Of a DNA stretch of 64,000 nt, positions 49,001-58,400 are shown piece by piece. The notes below the pieces were generated by a model. The model did no database searches, was not told where the DNA came from, and saw only the letters and a list, made by a program, of their open reading frames with translations. The position numbers and the translations under genes were made by a program. This stretch comes from Pirellulales bacterium. GTDB taxonomy: Bacteria > Planctomycetota > Planctomycetia > Pirellulales > JAICIG01. Position 1 is the first letter of the stretch. Every line of letters begins with the position of its first letter. The stretch lies in NCBI GenBank assembly GCA_040901675.1, contig JBBDYJ010000014.1, positions 101,418 to 165,417 on the forward strand, given 5' to 3'.

Positions 49001-52000
49001 ACGAGAACCTCGTCACCGTGACCGACAACGAGTTCGACTCCGGCGCCGCAGGCGGGGATGGCAACCTCACCGAGGAGACACAGCACGTTGATGATGTCTC
49101 GGGCAACGATCGGGTGACCGTACACGCCTATGATTGGCGGAATCGCCGCATAACCACCGATGGCGAAGTCGATTTCTATCAAAAGAACTTCTTCGACAAT
49201 TTGGACCGGAGGCTCAAGACAGAGCAGTACGATACCACGTCGGCGGGCAATCTCGTCGCGCGGTCCGAGAGCAAGCACGACGACCGGAGTCGCGTCTACC
49301 GCTCGATCCGCCACGCGGTCGATCCGGCCACCGGCTCGGTCGGCAACAACCTCACGGATGACACCTGGTTCGATGACCGAAGCAACATCATCAAGCATTT
49401 GCCCGCGGGATCGAAGGCGTTTACCAAGAGCGTGTTCGACGGAGTTGGTCGCGAGACGAAGCGGTTCATCGGCTACGACACGGCCGAGACCAGCTACTCG
49501 GATGCCGGCAACGTGACCGGCGACACGATCTTCGAGCAGGTCGAGACGTCGTACGACGCGGCGAGCAACGTTATCCAGACGACCGTCCGCCGGCGGTTCC
49601 ACAACGCCACGGGGACCGGCGAGCTCACGACTCCTTCCGGCTCGCAGCCCAAGGCGCGGGTCAGTTACACGGCCCTCTATCCGGACGCCGTCGGCCGGCA
49701 GCAGGCCGCGGCCGACTACGGCACGAACGGGGGCAGCGCGTTCAGCCGCTCGTCAACCGTTCCCGCCCGGTCGGACACAGTGCTGGTCAGCTCGACCGAG
49801 TACAACTCGGAGGGCGAGGGGTTCAAAACGATCGATCCGATGGGCACCCAGACGCGCCAGGAATTCGACGACGCGGGCCGCGAGACCAAGCTGATCGAGA
49901 ACTACATTGACGGCGACCCGTCCACCGGGACATCGGACGAGGACCGGACAACCGTAACAGCCTACAACGCTGACGGCCAGGTCAAGTCGCTCACCGCCAA
50001 GAACCCGACCACCGGCGACCAGGTGACGAAGTACGTCTACGGCAGCACGCTGGCCGAATCGGGAATTGCCAGCAGCCAGCTTCTGCGGGCCGTGATCTAC
50101 CCCGACTCGGATGATGAAGACAGTCCGCTCGGCAACGGCCCCGACGGCATCTATGACCGGGTAGAGTACAGGTACAACCGGCAAGGGGAGCGGATCGAGC
50201 TCAAGGACCAGCGCGAGACGGTCCACGTCTACGACCACGACAAGCTGGGGCGGCTGATCCACGATCGGGTGACCGACCTGGGAACACCGCACGGGGGATC
50301 GTCGTCCAGCTCAAGTAGTTCCAGCTCGAGTTCCAGCTCGAGCGGGCCCGCGGAGGTGGTTGACGGCACCGTCCGGCGGATCAGCCGGAGCTACGAGGTC
50401 CGGGGGATGGTCGAGCACGTGACCAGCCACGACAATCCGAACGTGGGCGCCGGAAACGTGGTAAACGACGTTGAGTTCGTTTACAATACGTTCGGCCAAC
50501 TTGTGACCGAGTACCAGGAGCACGCTGGCGCCGTGAGCACGTCGACCACACCCAAGGTGCAATACGCGTACGCCAACGGCAGCGCCAATCACATCCGGCG
50601 CGCGTCGATGACCTACCCCAACGGCCGCATCCTCCGCTACGAGTACAGCTCGGGCGCCGACGATAACCTGGGGCGCGTCAGCTTCCTGGCCGATGACAAT
50701 GCAGGTGCGGTGGGCACCCACCTGGCCGACTACACCTATCTGGGCCTGGGCAGCATCGTCCATGTCGATTACACGGAGCCGGAGATCCGCTACGATCTGG
50801 TATCTGGCTCGGGCGACGACCCCTACGACGGCCTCGACCGATTCGACCGGGTGGTGGACTGCCTGTGGCGGAACTACGGCACCTCGACCGACGTCGACCG
50901 GATCAAGCACGGCTACGACCGCGCGTCGAACCGTCTCTGGCGCGAGAACACAGTGGCCCCAGCCGGGTTCGACGAGCTGTATTCTTACGACGGTCTCTAC
51001 CAGCTCAAGGATTTCGAGCGGGGCGACTTGAACGCCGGCAAGACGGCCATCACCGGCCTGGCCTTCGCCCAGGAGTGGTCGCTCGATGCAACCGGTAACT
51101 GGACCGCCTTCAAGGAAGATGCTGACGGCAACGGCTCTTGGGACCTCAACCAGACCCGGACGCATAACAAGGCCAACGAGATAGACGTGATCGGCGCCAG
51201 CGCCGGCCCGGACTGGGCCGATCCGGTGCACGATCGCGCTGGGAACATGGTCCTCATCCCGCAGCCGGGCGCCCCGACGAGTAGCTACTCGGCGACTTGG
51301 GATGCTTGGAATCGGCTGGTCGAGATCGCTGACGGGATGGACGCCGTGAGCATATACGGTCACGATGGATTGAACCGCACGGGAAGGAAGATTATTTCGG
51401 AGACCGTGCGACACTTCTATTACTCAGACGAGTGGCAAGTCATTGAGGAGCGTGTCGATGCATCTGGCAACGCCGACTACCAGTTTGTGTGGGGCGTGCG
51501 GTACATTGACGACCTCGTACTGCGGGACCGCGACACATCAAACCCGCCTGATGGAGCGCTTGATGAGAGGCTGTACTCGACGCAAGATGCAAACTGGAAT
51601 ATTGTCGGGCTGATCGGGGCAACTGGCACTGTTAGAGAGCGATATAGCTTTACTCCTTTTGGCACACCTCAGTTCTTTACTGGTGTGTTCTCTGGCGAGA
51701 CTAGTTCCAGCTTACACAACGATCGGCTCTTTACGGCGCAGGCTCGTGATCCATCAACGGCTCTGTACTGTTTTCGCGAGCGGATGTACGATCCCTCGTT
51801 GGGCCAGTTCCACAGTAGAGATCCCCTTGAGTATATAGATGGGTTCTCTTTGTATGCTGCTTATTTTGTACCTAACATGGTCGATCCCAGTGGGACAGCC
51901 ACCGACGTTTGCAGTTGCTGCAAAACGGCCGTGGAGGATGCGAAGCGAACCAAGCTGCATGGCCTAAAGACTGACGACGACGGGCAAACTCGTGTGGAAG

Positions 52001-52482
52001 CGCCGACAAGGAGCTGCAAGGTTAGAATCCAATGCAGAGAAGGCTGTCCCCGACGGTTTCCGGCCTACACGCAAAGTAGGATAATAGGTGCTAGAGTTGA
52101 GATCTCCATTTGTCTAGATTGCCGCATGGCGAACGCAAACCTACAACAGACGCTTATCCATGAGCTGCAGCATGCTCGCGATTTTTGTGAGACACCAAGT
52201 TTTTTGCCGACCCTTGCTAACTGTGTGACGTTTGAGACGAGCGCTTATCAGGCCTCTTGTGGGTATCTCTTTCCCGATCGTGGGGCCAAATATCGGCGTT
52301 GCGTCGAGTGCGGCGTTTGGTTCAGTTGTAGGCACCTCGGTGCACCACAACCTACACCACCGTGCGATATCTCCGCTGGTGTACCGACTAAGCCGTGTTG
52401 GAGGTACGACCCTCGCAGAGGATTTGTATGGGACCGCAATGATCCTCGATGCCGCCAGAGAAACAGAAGAGTGGGGCGATGA
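46069..52482 (+). CDS. Rhs/YD-repeat protein 1 with C-terminal HExxH metallopeptidase domain
   Basis: GPIRYSTGE, many YD repeats, core RMYDPSLGQFHSRDP and PNMVDPSG; CT contains TLIHELQHARD; three poly-Ser tracts. Confidence 0.95.
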   Translation: MPTIPQCDNLVLPSKLYAEVGSCGTNTIPLSWSGSGWSGSGPFGNTGRTITLRIHWNSTNFLLDYSFSDNCFHGENAPAAPICPTELNDFIVGWSLTIQASCCDMQDSEPSVVMNVKVTLNGALPRPSAPTSGCECECEGDCECQCDDECDPNTVGAGSSENPGRIKEMSSGPIRYSTGEVVLNATDLTVGGFGMPWRHRRSFASRMTFNDDQGQGYNWQMETWPYLVRRAGGGLTAMGRANQTIWFDKSGSSYVARYGVKATLVHDTAANVYRMTDTKGGVTEYDDVELVFFRYVDPAGHETKAVSYSGENITEVQRVYDDGAGNQTTESFLYSYVTGADFLRRISSVTVRRKVNAGDWTNVRKVVYAYYGDGEPHGAVGDLKTVTPQAWEDAAWANLGTSYYRYYKHPLKGSSSSSSSSASSSSSSSSSSGPSTIGLAHLLKYVVNPDSFARLSADPNVSDPLAASDAIVAQYADNYFAYDTSRRVTTEMLQGGTRTYTYAYAESGFADGVNNWKFKTTETIPGGAQNVVYANYAGQVMLSILKDGTDEWRRFYKYSSNFRVMLKALPSAVTGHSEAAADLLNSQSGNYQYLADSVGLIHVFDYHAASGQVSAERIKKGELGTENKLWERQYLTYTEQGSSSSSSSSSSSSSSSSSSSSSSTSGGAPARTVYPISKLIEYPDDIDTDPTQAKKIETSFAYTWFPGTVAIQERTTTWPVIPTAQNGSGVAATRTERFDAYGNLIWSKDERGFLTRRQYDLPTGALVQEIADVDTAQTADEPSGWSTPSGGGLHLVTDHGFDSLGRMTQQLGPSHTVDIGGVATTIRSASWIVYKDSSFQQWSARGYATGSAPNYTYTLVNPVTISKFDQVGKTMESIQATRGSTSGKLSAGDSFAQSSYVRWTTHQYTDCCKLASTRVYHTIPSSGAGSSGTNYDQTEFGYDLLNRRNRTVSPGGTITKTVFDVRKLPTQVLVGTSDENLVTVTDNEFDSGAAGGDGNLTEETQHVDDVSGNDRVTVHAYDWRNRRITTDGEVDFYQKNFFDNLDRRLKTEQYDTTSAGNLVARSESKHDDRSRVYRSIRHAVDPATGSVGNNLTDDTWFDDRSNIIKHLPAGSKAFTKSVFDGVGRETKRFIGYDTAETSYSDAGNVTGDTIFEQVETSYDAASNVIQTTVRRRFHNATGTGELTTPSGSQPKARVSYTALYPDAVGRQQAAADYGTNGGSAFSRSSTVPARSDTVLVSSTEYNSEGEGFKTIDPMGTQTRQEFDDAGRETKLIENYIDGDPSTGTSDEDRTTVTAYNADGQVKSLTAKNPTTGDQVTKYVYGSTLAESGIASSQLLRAVIYPDSDDEDSPLGNGPDGIYDRVEYRYNRQGERIELKDQRETVHVYDHDKLGRLIHDRVTDLGTPHGGSSSSSSSSSSSSSSSGPAEVVDGTVRRISRSYEVRGMVEHVTSHDNPNVGAGNVVNDVEFVYNTFGQLVTEYQEHAGAVSTSTTPKVQYAYANGSANHIRRASMTYPNGRILRYEYSSGADDNLGRVSFLADDNAGAVGTHLADYTYLGLGSIVHVDYTEPEIRYDLVSGSGDDPYDGLDRFDRVVDCLWRNYGTSTDVDRIKHGYDRASNRLWRENTVAPAGFDELYSYDGLYQLKDFERGDLNAGKTAITGLAFAQEWSLDATGNWTAFKEDADGNGSWDLNQTRTHNKANEIDVIGASAGPDWADPVHDRAGNMVLIPQPGAPTSSYSATWDAWNRLVEIADGMDAVSIYGHDGLNRTGRKIISETVRHFYYSDEWQVIEERVDASGNADYQFVWGVRYIDDLVLRDRDTSNPPDGALDERLYSTQDANWNIVGLIGATGTVRERYSFTPFGTPQFFTGVFSGETSSSLHNDRLFTAQARDPSTALYCFRERMYDPSLGQFHSRDPLEYIDGFSLYAAYFVPNMVDPSGTATDVCSCCKTAVEDAKRTKLHGLKTDDDGQTRVEAPTRSCKVRIQCREGCPRRFPAYTQSRIIGARVEISICLDCRMANANLQQTLIHELQHARDFCETPSFLPTLANCVTFETSAYQASCGYLFPDRGAKYRRCVECGVWFSCRHLGAPQPTPPCDISAGVPTKPCWRYDPRRGFVWDRNDPRCRQRNRRVGR

Positions 52483-53522
52483 CGTTGCCTTCGTTGCATC
52501 AGTTGAAGAGGAAAGCACTCGTTCCGCGAGAGTGCTGCCAGCCGCTCGGATCCGGTGGGTAACATTTGGCAGATCGCGAGCGGTCGGCAGGAATCAGTCG
52601 GCGGGGGCGGATACCAAGACGATGTACGCCGTGTATTTCGGATCGGCACCTGGTGGGACGCGTTGCAGATTGCGCTCGTGATGACCAAGCACTTTGGCAA
52701 GGACTTTCGCAGCTTATCACAACCGTCAGCCGTCACTGCCGTGCCGTCGAGATGAAGGGATCGCAGAGTGGTGAGCTCGGTGAGATGTACGAGGCCAGCG
52801 TCGGTGACGTGCGTGCCATCCAACGCTAGCACTTGCAGACCTGCCAGCCCCTGGAGATGCGGAAGTCCAGCGTCGGTGATCTTCGTGCCGCTCAGGTAAA
52901 GATACTTTAGACCTGTCAGCTCAATTAGATGGACAAGGCCAGCATCCGTGATCTGCGTTCCGGTGAGGTTAAGCTCTTCCATTTTGGCCAAGCCGGCCAG
53001 GTGCATTAGACCGTCGTCGGTGGTGTGCGTGCCGCGCAGCAATAGCTGCTTGAGGCTCGCCATATCCTTTAGATGCGCCAGCCCAGCATCGGTGATCTCC
53101 ATGTCATGCAAGTCCAGCGATTCTAGCTTCGTGAGCCCGCGCACGTGCACAAGCTCGGCATCGCTGATCTGGCTGCCATATAGAAACAGCCATCGCAGGT
53201 TCGACAACGCGGTCAAGTGCGAGCATGTCTCGTCGGTGAGCCACGCCTGTACGAGCACGACGTCGGCAAAATAGTGAACGCCCAGCAACTGATGAAGCCA
53301 GGCAGGACCCGGCGGCTTCCCTTTATCAAGCTCAAAGTCGTACGCTACGGTGCCACCCAACTCGTGTATCGCCGCCACCGCTCGTCGCTGGCGCTCGGCA
53401 CGATGTCTGATCACACCGAGAAACCCGCTTATGATCGTTACGGCGACCAGCAGCGTCAAGATGCTGTACTGGCGCCATCTTCGGCGCCGCTTTGGCGCCT
53501 CATTTGGGTTAGCTGTTCCCAT
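52248..53522 (-). CDS. Leucine-rich repeat protein with N-terminal TM segment; C-terminus apparently read through
   Basis: RRRWRQYSILTLLVAVT motif; about 7 repeats of LxxLxLxGTxITDAGLxHL; the LRR cap ends near 52678 but the first stop is at 52248. Confidence 0.85.
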   Translation of the reverse strand: MGTANPNEAPKRRRRWRQYSILTLLVAVTIISGFLGVIRHRAERQRRAVAAIHELGGTVAYDFELDKGKPPGPAWLHQLLGVHYFADVVLVQAWLTDETCSHLTALSNLRWLFLYGSQISDAELVHVRGLTKLESLDLHDMEITDAGLAHLKDMASLKQLLLRGTHTTDDGLMHLAGLAKMEELNLTGTQITDAGLVHLIELTGLKYLYLSGTKITDAGLPHLQGLAGLQVLALDGTHVTDAGLVHLTELTTLRSLHLDGTAVTADGCDKLRKSLPKCLVITSAICNASHQVPIRNTRRTSSWYPPPPTDSCRPLAICQMLPTGSERLAALSRNECFPLQLMQRRQRHRPTLLFLWRHRGSLRSHTNPLRGSYLQHGLVGTPAEISHGGVGCGAPRCLQLNQTPHSTQRRYLAPRSGKRYPQEA

Positions 53523-54120
53523 ACCGCCCATTCTCGTGCTTCCGGGGATTGCATGCAACTGGGGACCAGGATTCGATTCGCCCCGGTTGCAGGCGGCGGG
53601 AGGCCGCCGGGAGGCGTGGACGAGGCAGGAGTGGCCAGGGTGTGCGCGGTGTCGGGCAGCTTTCGCCGCGGCTGGCGCGTGGGAGCGGGGCGACATGCGC
53701 TTCTTGTGGCCGTCGCGGGCCTTGCACGGGTCCCTGGCGTCACTGGGCCAAAAATGGTCGGTCGGTGGCTGAGGCCGCCGCCGATTCCGCTCGTCTGCGC
53801 TGCCGTGGTCGCCGCGACGGGATGTCCGGATTGCGGAGCGTCCTCCAACGGGAGTCGTCCGCGAATAGGGGCAGACCCGGGACGAACGTGCAGCCGCAGC
53901 GAGCGGATCGGCAGTCCCGGTTTTTGAGCAGGTCCTGCTACATCCGCACCGGCGGCTAGCGGGGAAAGGGGACGAGCGGGGAAAGGGGACGCGACTCATT
54001 GTTGCGGGCGGCGGCGTGGGCGGTGCCGCTACCGTAAAGGAGCGCGGGTGGGGGTGAGGGCCGCAGCCAGCGACGCCTGACCTTAATGGGTCCAGGCGGA
54101 GGACGGCGCGCGAACTGCCG

Positions 54121-55354
54121 CAACGCTTCGTGGACCCGGAACCAGTCGGCCACGGGCGGACACCAGGTGCTGCGCGTGGACCGCGAAAGCCAGGAACGGC
54201 TATCGCCGGACACCGAGCGCGAGCTGAAAAACCTTGTGCGGCGGCGGATCGGCGGCTGCCAGGCATTGCTCGTTTCGGACTACGGCAAAGGGGTCTGCAC
54301 CCCCGGGCTGGTGTCCGAGGCGATTGCCGCCGCCCGCGATTTGAAGGTGCCGGTGCTCGTCGATCCGGCCCGTCCAGGTTCGTCGCCGCGCGAATACTAT
54401 GGCCGCTACCGGGGAGCGGACCTGCTAAAACCCAACCGGGCTGAAGGCGAGTTGGTGACGGGGCGCAAAATCTTGGGACCAAGTGATGCATTGCAGGCGG
54501 GCCGGGAACTATGCCGGGCATGCCACGTCGAGGCCACGTTGGTGACGCTCGACGCCGAAGGCATGGCGCTGGCGATAGGAGACACACCCGGCTGGGTGGT
54601 TCCGGCGGCCGCCCAAAAAAAGGATGTCCGCGACGTGACGGGCGCCGGCGACATGGTGCTGGCGGCGGTGGGGCTGTGCCTGGCCGCCGGCTCGCCGCTG
54701 CCCGACGCCGCGCGGCTGGCCAACATCGCCGCCGGACTGGAAGTGCAAAGAGTCGGCGTCGAGCCAGTCAGCCGAGGTGAGATTCGAAGCGCACTCAACG
54801 CTCTCCTCGAACCACGCGGTTCAACGTCGTTCCGTTCGTCTCTGCCCGCACCGCTGCGAAACAGGGCTATACCCTGCTCGAAGATCCTCTCGCTGGAAGA
54901 AGCGGTCCGGCGGGTCGGCGAACATCGCCGCAACGGCCAAAGAATCGTCTTCACCAACGGCTGTTTCGACATCCTGCACGCCGGCCACGTGAGCTACCTC
55001 CACGAGGCCGCGGCCCTGGGCCACGTGCTGCTGGTGGCAATCAACAGCGACGCCAGCGTGCGGGCCCTCAAGGGCTCCGGGCGGCCCGTCAACCGCCAAG
55101 CCGAGCGGGCGGCCGTGTTGGCCGCGCTGGCCTCGGTCGACTACGTGGTCGTCTTCGATGAGCCAACGCCTCACGAGCTGCTCTTCCGGCTTCGGCCGGA
55201 ACTCTTGGTCAAGGGGGGCACGTACCTGATCGAGGAGGTGGTGGGCCGCGAGATCGTCGAAGGCTATGGCGGCCAGGTCCTCGTCCTCGGTTGGACCGAA
55301 GGGGTCTCAACTTCCCGAATCCTGGCGTCCGTCAATGGGGCATCCAGAACGTGA
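54121..55354 (+). pseudogene. hldE: 5'-truncated second copy of hldE
   Basis: Similarity to 44773-46005 begins abruptly at about 54121-54140; about 115-120 N-terminal residues of the kinase domain are missing; the adenylyltransferase domain is intact. Confidence 0.88.
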
Positions 55355-55417
55355 ACCAGTAACTTTTGGAAAAGTCTTTTCAATCCTAATCACTTTTTGA
55401 ACGAAGGATCCCGAACC

Positions 55418-58400
55418 ATGCCAACCATTCCACATTGCAACAACCTGGTCCTGCCCAGCAAGCTTTATGCCGAGGTTTACAGCTGCGGTACGAGCACGAT
55501 ACCGCTCAGTTGGACCGGTTCTGGCTGGAGCGGCTCGGGACCGTTCGGCAATACCGGCCGGACCATCACGCTCAGGATCCATTGGAACTCAACCAGCTTC
55601 CTGCTGGACTACTCGTTCAGTGACAACTGCTTCAGCGGCCAGGACTTGCCGTCCGCGCCGTTTTGCGGCAGCGACCTCTACAACTTCATCGTCGGCTGGG
55701 CCCTGACCATCCACCCGAGCTGCTGTGATATGCCGGATATCACGCCGTCCGTGGGGATGGACGTAGCCGTCACGGCCAACGGGCCGCTGCCGCGTCCCAC
55801 GGCCCCCAGTTCCGATTGCGAGTGCGAGTGCGAAGGGGATTGCGAGTGCCAGTGCGACGACGAGTGCGATCCCAACACGGTCGGCGCCGGATCATCCGGC
55901 AACCCCGGCCGGATCAAGGAGATGAGCAGCGGCCCCATCCGTTACGCGACGGGCGAGGTCGTGCTCAAGGCCACCGACCTGGCAGTAGGCGGCTTCGGCA
56001 TGCCCTGGCGGCACCGCCGCAGCTTCGCCAGCCGCATGACCTTCAACGACGACCAGGGACAGGGCTACAACTGGCAGATGGAAACCTGGCCGTACCTGGT
56101 CCGCCGCGCCGGCGGCGGCCTGACGGCCATGGGCCGGGCCAACCAGACGATCTGGTTCGACAAAAGCGGATCCAGCTACGTCGCCCGCTACGGCGTCAAG
56201 GCCACGCTGGTCCATGACACGGCCGCCAACGTGTACCGGATGACCGACACCAAGGGAGGAGTCACCGAGTACGACGACGTCGAGCTGGTCTTTTTCCGCT
56301 ACGTCGATCCGGCCGGCCACGAGACCAAGGCTGTCTCGTACAGCGGCGAGAACATCACCGAAGTGCAGCGGGTCTACGATGACGGCGCGGGCAACCAAAC
56401 GACGGAATCGTTCCTCTACAGCTACGTAACCGGCGCCGATTTCCTCCGGCGGATATCGTCCGTTACCGTCCGCCGCAAGGTGAACGCGGGCGAGTGGACC
56501 AACGTGCGGAAGGTGGTCTACGCCTATTACGGCGACGGAGAGCCCCACGGGGCGGTGGGCGATCTAAAAACCGTCACGCCGCAGGCCTGGGAAGACTCGG
56601 CCTGGGCCAACCTGGGCACGAGCTACTACCGCTACTACAAGCACCCGCTGACCGGTTCTTCCTCTTCGTCGAGCTCCAGCTCCTCGTCTAGCTCGTCTTC
56701 CTCGTCGAGCGGCCCCAGCACGATCGGGCTGGCCCATCTCCTCAAGTACGTCGTCAACCCCGATTCGTTCGCTCGCTTGTCGGCCGACCCGAACGTCAGC
56801 GACCCGCTGACGGCCAGCGACGCGATCGTGGCCCAGTACGCCGACAATTACTTTGCCTACGACAGCAGCCGGCGGGTGACGACCGAGATGCTCCAGGGGG
56901 GCACGCGCACCTACACGTATGCCTACGCGGAAAGCGGCTTCGCCGACGGCGTGAACAACTGGAAGTTCAAGACGACCGAAACCATCCCGGGCGGCGCGCA
57001 GAACGTTGTCTATGCCAACCACGCCGGCCAGGTCATGCTCTCGATGCTCAAGGACGGCACGGACGAGTGGCGGCGGTTCTACAAGTACAACGCCGATTTC
57101 CGCGTCATGCTCAAGGCCCTGCCATCGGCCGTAACCGGCCACAGCGAGGCCGCGGCCGATCTGTTGAACTCGCAATCGGGCAACTATCAATACCTGGCCG
57201 ACTCGGTCGGTTTGATCCACGTCTTCGATTACCACGCCGCCAGCGGCCAGGTCTCGGCCGAGCGGATCAAGAAGGGGGAGCTTGGCACGGAGAACAAGCT
57301 CTGGGAGCGGCAATACCTGACCTACACCGAGCAGGGGAGCTCGAGCACTTCCAGCAGCTCCAGCTCGTCCAGCTCCAGCTCCAGCTCTTCCAGCTCTTCG
57401 TCGTCGTCCTCCTTGTCAGGCGGTATGCCAGCGCGGACAGTGTACCCGATCTCGAAGCTCATCGAATATCCCGACGACATCGACGCCGATCCGACCCAGG
57501 CCAAGAAGATCGAGACCTCGTTCGCCTACACCTGGTTCGCCGGCACGGTGGCCATCCAGGAGCGGACGACGACCTTGCCCGTCATTCCAACGAGTCAGAA
57601 CGGCTCCGGGGTTGCTGCCACGCGTTCCGAGCGATTCGACATCTACGGCAATCTGCTCTGGGTCAAGGACGAACGAGGCTTTCTCACTCGGCGGCAGTAT
57701 GACCTGCCCACCGGCGGGCTGGTCCAGGAGATCGCCGACGTGGACACGGCCCAGACGGCGGATGAGCCTGCCGGATGGAGCACGCCCTCAGGCGGGGGAC
57801 TTCATCTCATCACCGATTACGAGTTCGATCTGCTTGGGCGCGTGACGCAGCAGCTTGGTCCCTCGCACACAGTCGATATCGGCGGGGTAGCGACGACCGT
57901 TCGGACGGCTTCGTGGATGGTCTACAAAGAGAGCTTGTTCCAGCAGTGGTCGGCTCAAGGCTACGCGACGGGCAGCGCACCGAACTACACGTACACGCTC
58001 GTCAATCCGGTGAGCATCGCCAAGTTCGACGAGGTTCGCAAGACGCTAGAGGCGATCTCGGCCACCCGGGCCTCGACCTCGGGCAAGCTGTTGGCCAGCG
58101 ATACGTTCGCCCAGTCCTCCTATGTCCGGTGGACGACCCACCAGTACACCGACTGCTGTAAGCTCGCTTCCACTCGGGTTTATCACGCCATCCCTTCTTC
58201 TGGACCCGGATCGAGCGGCACAAACTACGACCAGACAGAGTTCGGCTACGATCTGCTGAACCGTTGGAATCGCACGGTATCGCCTGGCGGCACGATCACG
58301 AAGACGATCTTCGATGTTCGGAACCTGCCGACAGAGGTATTGGTCGGCACGACCGACGAGAACCTGGTCGCTCTGACTGACAACGAGTACGACGGCGGCA

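Noticed and set aside
53523..54587. N-terminal extension of the 779-aa minus-strand ORF
   Set aside because: It is antisense to hldE' and non-coding DNA, with Arg/Pro-rich shadow composition; the LRR gene starts near 53522-53531.
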